DNA of 32,000 bases from Isorropodon fossajaponicum endosymbiont JTNG4 (GTDB taxonomy: Bacteria; Pseudomonadota; Gammaproteobacteria; PS1; Pseudothioglobaceae): contig NZ_AP013043.1 in the NCBI RefSeq assembly GCF_016592615.1, forward strand, positions 270,001 through 302,000, read 5' to 3'. How positions within the stretch are numbered: position 1 is the first letter of the stretch; the number at the start of each line of letters is the position of its first letter. The notes beneath the pieces were generated by a model. It saw only the letters and a program-made list of their open reading frames with translations. It made no database searches and was not told where the DNA came from. Shown here piece by piece: positions 26,646 to 32,000 of this stretch. Position numbers and translations under genes: made by a program.

Positions 26646-27420
26646 CACTCACCGAAACCCTACATTTCCCTAAATCATGCCTTCATTGTGAAGATCCGCC
26701 ACTGAATCAAACATTCTAATGATTGAATAACTCGTCTTGCTGGCATGGACAAGTCCACATCAATATTCAAGCCTTCCCGATTGTAATCATCGACAACATT
26801 AAAAGTTCTAATGTGCCTGCCATCAGTGAGTGAGTCTGACATAAAATCCATTGACCAAGTTTGGTTAATAGTTGTTGGCACACTCAGTGCTTCGGGTTTA
26901 TCTCTTTTGATTCTTCTTCTTGGCTTGATTCTTAGATTGAGCTCCAGTTCTTGGTAAATGCGATACACTCGTTTATGGTTAAATTTGTAGTCTTTAACAT
27001 TACGTAGATATAAATAGCACAGTTTAAAACCCCAACGCTTGTGCGTTGCGGTTAAGCGCAGTAGACAATCGGCAATTAAAGCATTGTCATCACTGAGTTT
27101 TGGTTGATAATAATAAGTGCTTTTACTAATGCTACAAACTTCGTAAATAAGTTTGATACTTGTGTTCTTATTTTGTTCATTAAATCCTGGCAATTGCCAG
27201 GATTTTTTTGATTTTGACGTATTAATTCAATGGTTAGTTAAATACCGAATTAACGATACACTAGCCAAAGGGTATTCTGAGTAATCCTTTGGAAGGGTTA
27301 CTCAGAACCTTAATAAATACCTTAAGCAAAGAATTTTCTTAAGCCTTTTAATGCATGGCATTTAACCGCTGAGTTAATAATAGTTTAGTGTTAGGGATTT
27401 AATTATGGGAGGGTATTGTG
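26646..27420 (-). pseudogene. 5' fragment of IS-B (IS3 family): decayed orfA region and the N-terminal ~170 codons of OrfB
   Basis: ORF 26675-27193 reads ...STYYYQPK...HKRWGFKLCYLYLRN...FNHKRVYRIYQELELNLRIKPRRR...INQTWSMDFMSDSLTDGR..RTFNVVDDYNREGLNIDVD...LIQWR, the typical N-terminal two-thirds of an IS3-family integrase. The outer terminus at about 27420 is uncertain. Confidence 0.8.
27182..27209 (-). promoter_or_regulatory. A7 run abutting a 24-bp perfect palindrome: candidate IS-B frameshift / structure signal
   Basis: Plus strand aaatcctggcaattgccaggattt (27182-27205) is a perfect palindrome. On the minus strand it is immediately preceded by aaaaaaa (27203-27209 complement) at the 5' end of the OrfB frame. 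Confidence 0.45.
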
Positions 27421-27430
27421 TTATTGTTAG

Positions 27431-27982
27431 TTAATAGACTTTAGTTGGGGTAATGACTGCATCAGGTGTTATATCCCAAGGCTGGCTATCAATCTTAGTA
27501 ACTTGTTGACAATCAAAAGCCAGTCCATAGAGTTTGGGATTGTTGTAGTTTGTTTGGTGTTTTTTAAAGGCTAGTGTGCGGTCATAGAAGCCACTACCCA
27601 TACCAATTCTATTTTTATTTTTATCAAAACCTACCAGTGGCATGAAGATAATATTCATTTGTTTGGCGTTTAAAATTTGGGTAGAGACAGGCTCTTTAAT
27701 GCCAAATCTATTTTTTTTGAAATACTTATTAACTTTTTCAAATTTAAGACTTTTATTGGCCAATATTGGTAAATAGATACTAAAACCTTGTTTTTTTAAG
27801 AAGTTAGTGATATATTTAGTATCAATTTCACCGTCGTTTGGCAAGTAAATGGCAATTTTTTGCCCATGTTTGAAAGTGACTAGTTTTTGTGTTTGGGACA
27901 ATAAGCGTTTGGCGAATCTTTCTCGGTCACTGTGATTAATAGCACGTCTTTTTTGTCTGAGTGTGGGTCTTAATGCCTGCAT
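27431..27982 (-). CDS. ygfA: 5-formyltetrahydrofolate cyclo-ligase
   Basis: ...LRQKRR...I.IYLP..GEIDT..., ...PLVGFDKNKNRIGMGSGFYDRTL..., ...D.....D.VITP.... Confidence 0.85.
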   Translation of the reverse strand: MQALRPTLRQKRRAINHSDRERFAKRLLSQTQKLVTFKHGQKIAIYLPNDGEIDTKYITNFLKKQGFSIYLPILANKSLKFEKVNKYFKKNRFGIKEPVSTQILNAKQMNIIFMPLVGFDKNKNRIGMGSGFYDRTLAFKKHQTNYNNPKLYGLAFDCQQVTKIDSQPWDITPDAVITPTKVY

Positions 27983-28004
27983 AATTAAGCATTATAACTT
28001 TTAA

Positions 28005-28185
28005 AAAAGATCCATTGTGCCGTGTTGAAAAAAACCTGAACCATAAGGCTCAAGGCGGAAGTTTGAAGATTACCGCAGGCTCCCCATTTCAAGATGGGCT
28101 TGCTCAATAGTAAGCTATCGCATTTCCTGATTGTTTTATTTACCGGCTCAGGGGATATATATCAATCACAAGCACAACAGACAAG
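28005..28185 (-). ncRNA. ssrS: 6S RNA
   Basis: It lies immediately upstream of ygfA on the same strand, the conserved gammaproteobacterial ssrS-ygfA arrangement. The minus-strand sequence contains ucccCUGAGCCgg, as in E. coli 6S, and a 3' partner gguucagg. There is also the ccuugagcc/gguucagg element, and the extended 5'/3' closing stem is complementary (uuguGC...GCacaa, gug/cac, uuga/ucaa), followed by a U-run. The ends are approximate. Confidence 0.7.
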
Positions 28186-28324
28186 TATTATTATCGTCCT
28201 TTTTTAGATGCTGTATTGAATTTTTTATAAAAAAATGCATTTTTAGAATGAGTAAGGTTTGTTTCAAGTTAGTGGTGTGAAGGTTCTAGCATGAAAGATT
28301 GGCGTAAAATCTATCCCATACTCA

Positions 28325-29725
28325 TTGACCTTTATTATTTTGAACACGATTGATTTTTATTCATTAGGTTTATATCCAGATTTATTAAAAAATTTAAGCA
28401 CCTTAGGCTATGATTCAATGACGCCTATTCAGCAGTTGAGCTTGCCAGCTATTCTATCTGGTAAAGATGTGATTGGCCAAGGCAAGACAGGCTCGGGTAA
28501 GACAGCGGCATTTGGCTTGGGTTTGTTGCAAAAATTGGATGTTAAATCGTTTAAAGCGCAATCCATTGTTTTGTGTCCAACTCGTGAGCTGGCTAATCAG
28601 GTGACAGTTGAAATTCAAAAACTCGCCAGAGCCGTTCATAATATTAAGATTTTAGCACTGTGTGGCGGTACACCTTTTGGACCACAAATCGGCTCATTAG
28701 CCCATGGTGTGCATATTGTGGTGGGTACGCCTGGGCGCATTGAAGAGCATTTGCGAAAAGGTACGCTTAAATTGAACCATATTAGTACATTGGTACTTGA
28801 CGAGGCAGATCGTATGCTAGATATGGGTTTTCAAGAATCCATTGATAATATTATTGAAACAATACCTATTAATCGACAAACTTTATTATTTAGTGCAACT
28901 TATCCAGATACCATTGCCAGTATCGCGCAGCGCGTAATGAAGTCGCCCATTATGGTTAAAGCACCATCAACACACGAAGAATCGACCATTAAGCAGTATT
29001 TTTACAAAGCTAATACGGATGATGAGCGAATGACGGCTTTGAGGCTTTTATTGGCAAAATACAAGCCTGAATCTAGTTTGGTTTTTTGTAATACCAAGCG
29101 CGATGCACAAGAAGTTGCTGACGAATTAACTTATTATGGATTTTATGCATTGGCAATGAGTGGCGATCTTGACCAACTAGAACGCGATCAAGCGCTGATT
29201 AGATTTTCTAATAAAAGCGTATCTGTTCTTGTGGCAACTGATGTAGCAGCTCGTGGCTTGGATATTGACTCACTTGATATGGTGATTAATTTTAACATTG
29301 CTCATGATGAGCAAGTCCATACACACCGTATTGGTCGTACTGGTAGGGCAGGACGTACTGGCATTGCTTGTACTTTGTATAGTGATAGAGAAACTTACAA
29401 ACTCAATGTGTTGGACTTGGGCATTGAGGATGAGATTATTCCTGACCCATTACCAAGCGAGCATTACTTAAATAGATCCATTAAAAAACCACCCATGACA
29501 ACCTTAAAGATAGATGGCGGTAAAAAACAAAAATTACGCCCAGGTGACATTGTGGGCGGGTTAACTGGAAAAGGGGGTATTGCTTTTGAGCAGATTGGTA
29601 AGATTAATGTACTTAGCCATTGGTCTTATGTTGCGGTCAGTTCAGAATTAGTTAAAACTGCATTAAAAAAGATAAGTCATGATAAATTAAAAGGCAGGTC
29701 ATTTAAAGTAAGAATTCTTTCATAA
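28325..29725 (+). CDS. dbpA: ATP-dependent DEAD-box RNA helicase DbpA
   Basis: Collinear with E. coli DbpA, including AKTGSGKTAAFGLGLL, LCPTRELA, DEADRMLDMGF, SAT, HRIGRTGRAG, and the C-terminal DbpA RNA-binding domain (...IDGGKKQKLRPGDIVGGLTG...). The start is uncertain: TTG at 28325 or 28340. Confidence 0.9.
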   Translation: MTFIILNTIDFYSLGLYPDLLKNLSTLGYDSMTPIQQLSLPAILSGKDVIGQGKTGSGKTAAFGLGLLQKLDVKSFKAQSIVLCPTRELANQVTVEIQKLARAVHNIKILALCGGTPFGPQIGSLAHGVHIVVGTPGRIEEHLRKGTLKLNHISTLVLDEADRMLDMGFQESIDNIIETIPINRQTLLFSATYPDTIASIAQRVMKSPIMVKAPSTHEESTIKQYFYKANTDDERMTALRLLLAKYKPESSLVFCNTKRDAQEVADELTYYGFYALAMSGDLDQLERDQALIRFSNKSVSVLVATDVAARGLDIDSLDMVINFNIAHDEQVHTHRIGRTGRAGRTGIACTLYSDRETYKLNVLDLGIEDEIIPDPLPSEHYLNRSIKKPPMTTLKIDGGKKQKLRPGDIVGGLTGKGGIAFEQIGKINVLSHWSYVAVSSELVKTALKKISHDKLKGRSFKVRILS

Positions 29726-29736
29726 ATATTTAGCAT

Positions 29737-30150
29737 TTAAGGATTGTCAATAGATTCAACACCTAGTATTTCCCAATTATCTGTTTGATAGTTGACAAGG
29801 TATCCACTAAGGCGTTTTAATATTTGGGTTTTAATTTCACTGGGTAATTGGAACACTCGATTGCATTGAGGATAACCACTTATGTTTTGATAAATATTGT
29901 CTGCAATAACTGCTTCTCTGGTTAGTTTGATATTAGAGAGTGCACCTACCAACACCTCACTAATAAATTCAGGCTTAACCAAAGGGTAATAACCCATTGA
30001 GTCATATTTTTTTACCATACTCACCCAATCCTCTAGCGCTGTCTTTAAATCTTTAGTATTTTCATATTCCTGTACAAGCGCATCAAGCTTACCATTAGCG
30101 ATGGACATTGTATTTATTTGTGGGTAGACTTTAATTTTTTCGACTGACAT
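29737..30150 (-). CDS. Hypothetical protein (about 138 aa), no family recognised
   Basis: Open frame. I prefer the ATG at 30150 (MSVEKIKVY...), 13 nt downstream of the purH stop, over the track start at 30210, which overlaps purH. Confidence 0.5.
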   Translation of the reverse strand: MSVEKIKVYPQINTMSIANGKLDALVQEYENTKDLKTALEDWVSMVKKYDSMGYYPLVKPEFISEVLVGALSNIKLTREAVIADNIYQNISGYPQCNRVFQLPSEIKTQILKRLSGYLVNYQTDNWEILGVESIDNP

Positions 30151-30163
30151 AGTTGTTTTCCAG

Positions 30164-31705
30164 TTAATGTTTAAAGTGACGCATGCCTGTAAATACCATT
30201 GCAATATCATGCCCGTTTACTGCTTTTATAACTTCGGCGTCACGCATTGAGCCGCCTGGTTGAATAATGGCTTTAATGCCAGCTCGTGCTGCTGCGTCAA
30301 TACCATCTCGAAATGGGAAAAAAGCATCGGATGCCATTACGCAACCTTCAACAATGAGAGATTCGTCAGCTGCCTTAATGCCAGCGATTTTGGCAGAGTA
30401 GACTCTAGACATTTGACCCGCGCCAACACCAATGGTCATTTGGTTTTTAGTGTAAACAATGGCGTTTGATTTAACCGCTTTGGCGACTTTCCAAGCAAAT
30501 AATAAATCTTTAATTTGGTCTTTGGTGGGTGCTAAATTACTGACGCATTTAATATCATCTTCTGTGATAACGCCCAAGTCCTTATCTTGTACTAACAAGC
30601 CACCAGTCACACGCTTATAATCTAGCGAAGGGTTTGCTGTGTTTAAATCGCCACACTCTAGCACGCGTATATTTTGTTTGGCTGATAACACTTCTTTAGC
30701 GTCATCATCAACATTAGGTGCAATAATAACTTCAACAAACTGACGCTCAATAATACGCTGTGCCGTTTTTTTGTCTAGGTTACGATTAAAGGCAATAATG
30801 CCACCAAATGCCGAAGTTGGATCGGTTTTAAAAGCGTCATCATAAGCATCAAAAATGTCAGCACGTACAGCAACACCACATGGATTGGCGTGCTTAACAA
30901 TCACGCAACACGGCTCATCAAAACTGCGCGCACATTCAAGCGCAGCATCTGCATCTGCCATATTATTGTATGACATTTCCTTGCCTTGGCATTGCGTTGA
31001 GGATGCTATGCAGACCTCGGTGATATTGTTCTCAACATAGAATGCAGCATTTTGATGTGGATTTTCCCCATAGCGCATTGATTGAACCTTGTTAAATTGT
31101 AGATTGATGGTGTTAGAAAAACCATCTTTTTCTTTGCCTAAATAATTGGCAATAGCACCGTCATAAGCTGCTGTATGTTCAAATGTTTTAAGAGCTAGTT
31201 TGGTTCGAGTTTTAAGTGTAGTATTACCTGATTTACTAATTTCACTCATGACTTTTTGATAATCTGCACTATCTACCACAACTGTCACAGATGCATGATT
31301 TTTGGCACTTGATCTTAGCATTGCTGGACCGCCAATATCAATATTTTCAATCGCATCTTCCAACGTGCAGTCAGCCTTGGCAATCGTTGCTTGAAATGGA
31401 TAAAGGTTAACCACAACCAAATCAATCGGCTTAATGTCGTTTTCTGCCATCACGCCTTCATCAAGCCCACGGCGCGCTAAAATGCCACCATGAATTTTAG
31501 GATTAAGGGTTTTAACGCGACCCGCCATCATCTCAGGAAACCCTGTATAGTCTGACACTTCAATGACTGGAATATGATGCCCATTCAACAGTTTAGCTGT
31601 GCCAGCTGTGGAAATAATCTCGATATTTTTATTTGTTAAAAATTGGGCAAAATCAATCAATCCAGTTTTATCAGAAACACTGATTAAGGCGCGTTGTATA
31701 GACAT
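30164..31705 (-). CDS. purH: Bifunctional AICAR transformylase / IMP cyclohydrolase
   Basis: [15 protein letters not shown]..., ...[16 protein letters not shown]..., ...C-terminal ...FTGMRHFKH. Confidence 0.95.
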   Translation of the reverse strand: MSIQRALISVSDKTGLIDFAQFLTNKNIEIISTAGTAKLLNGHHIPVIEVSDYTGFPEMMAGRVKTLNPKIHGGILARRGLDEGVMAENDIKPIDLVVVNLYPFQATIAKADCTLEDAIENIDIGGPAMLRSSAKNHASVTVVVDSADYQKVMSEISKSGNTTLKTRTKLALKTFEHTAAYDGAIANYLGKEKDGFSNTINLQFNKVQSMRYGENPHQNAAFYVENNITEVCIASSTQCQGKEMSYNNMADADAALECARSFDEPCCVIVKHANPCGVAVRADIFDAYDDAFKTDPTSAFGGIIAFNRNLDKKTAQRIIERQFVEVIIAPNVDDDAKEVLSAKQNIRVLECGDLNTANPSLDYKRVTGGLLVQDKDLGVITEDDIKCVSNLAPTKDQIKDLLFAWKVAKAVKSNAIVYTKNQMTIGVGAGQMSRVYSAKIAGIKAADESLIVEGCVMASDAFFPFRDGIDAAARAGIKAIIQPGGSMRDAEVIKAVNGHDIAMVFTGMRHFKH

Positions 31706-31753
31706 TTTATTCCTTTAAAATTTGATAGGCAATTAGGGAATAATTATAAGGTG

Positions 31754-31984
31754 TTAGAGTTTGTATCGTTGAATTTTTTTCTTTAATGTACCACGATTAA
31801 TACTTAGAATTCTTGAAGCCTCGCTTTGATTATTATTGACAAAGTCAAGCACAAATTTAATCACAACAGATTCTACATCATTGATGACCATTTTATGCAC
31901 GCCACTTGCTTGCTCGCCATCCAATTGTTTAAAGTAACGTTTAAGTTTTGCATTAATGCAGGCTGGTAAATCAGTTGAGCTCAT
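31754..31984 (-). CDS. fis: Fis-family DNA-binding protein
   Basis: C-terminal HTH ...NNNQSEASRILSINRGTLKKKIQRYKL and its position upstream of purH. Confidence 0.8.
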   Translation of the reverse strand: MSSTDLPACINAKLKRYFKQLDGEQASGVHKMVINDVESVVIKFVLDFVNNNQSEASRILSINRGTLKKKIQRYKL

Positions 31985-32000
31985 AATTGTTGCAGGTAAT

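Noticed and set aside
27182-27209. Rho-independent terminator on the plus strand (palindrome + T7)
   Set aside because: It looks like a terminator, but there is no plus-strand gene upstream to terminate and it sits at the orfA/orfB junction of IS-B on the opposite strand. A frameshift-stimulating structure is the better explanation, and I cannot exclude a bidirectional terminator role.

Overview
Chromosomal window from an AT-rich, gammaproteobacterium-like genome; the taxon is inferred only from gene content and synteny (iscRSUA-hscBA-fdx, 6S RNA-ygfA, fis-purH). Most of it is tightly packed housekeeping genes. On the plus strand: alaC, a P-loop protein, metA, mutY, ribF; lysC, ilvE, aroK; a TolC-like OMP, an M61 peptidase, a TtcA-like protein, an LpxL-like acyltransferase, cysE; then a complete isc operon. 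The right end carries ygfA with a 6S RNA upstream (minus), dbpA (plus), a hypothetical gene, purH and fis (minus). The unusual part is the mobile-element and decay layer. There are three near-identical copies or fragments of one IS3-family element, called IS-A here: 1-1178 (+), 7791-8202 (+) and 26195-26645 (-). Each abuts half of another broken transposase gene. A second IS3-family element (IS-B) is split between 1179-1468 (+) and 26646-27420 (-). An IS256-family transposase is split between about 7304-7790 (+) and about 25770-26194 (-). This flank pattern is best explained by at least two IS-A-mediated recombination or inversion events spanning about 18-25 kb of core genes. Between IS-A copy 2 and an IS30-like remnant lies a heavily pseudogenised myo-inositol catabolism island (iolG tail, apparently intact RpiR-type regulator, iolB and long-form iolC both riddled with frameshifts). 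Other oddities are an 89-bp tandem duplication of the alaC 5' end, homopolymer runs sitting at transposase frame junctions, a two-TM ORF with one in-frame stop, a TtcA-like protein with altered signature motifs, and an uncharacterised P-loop protein translationally coupled to metA. I see no CRISPR array, tRNA or rRNA gene, and no recognisable defence or secretion system. All calls come from reading the translations by eye; no searches were run.
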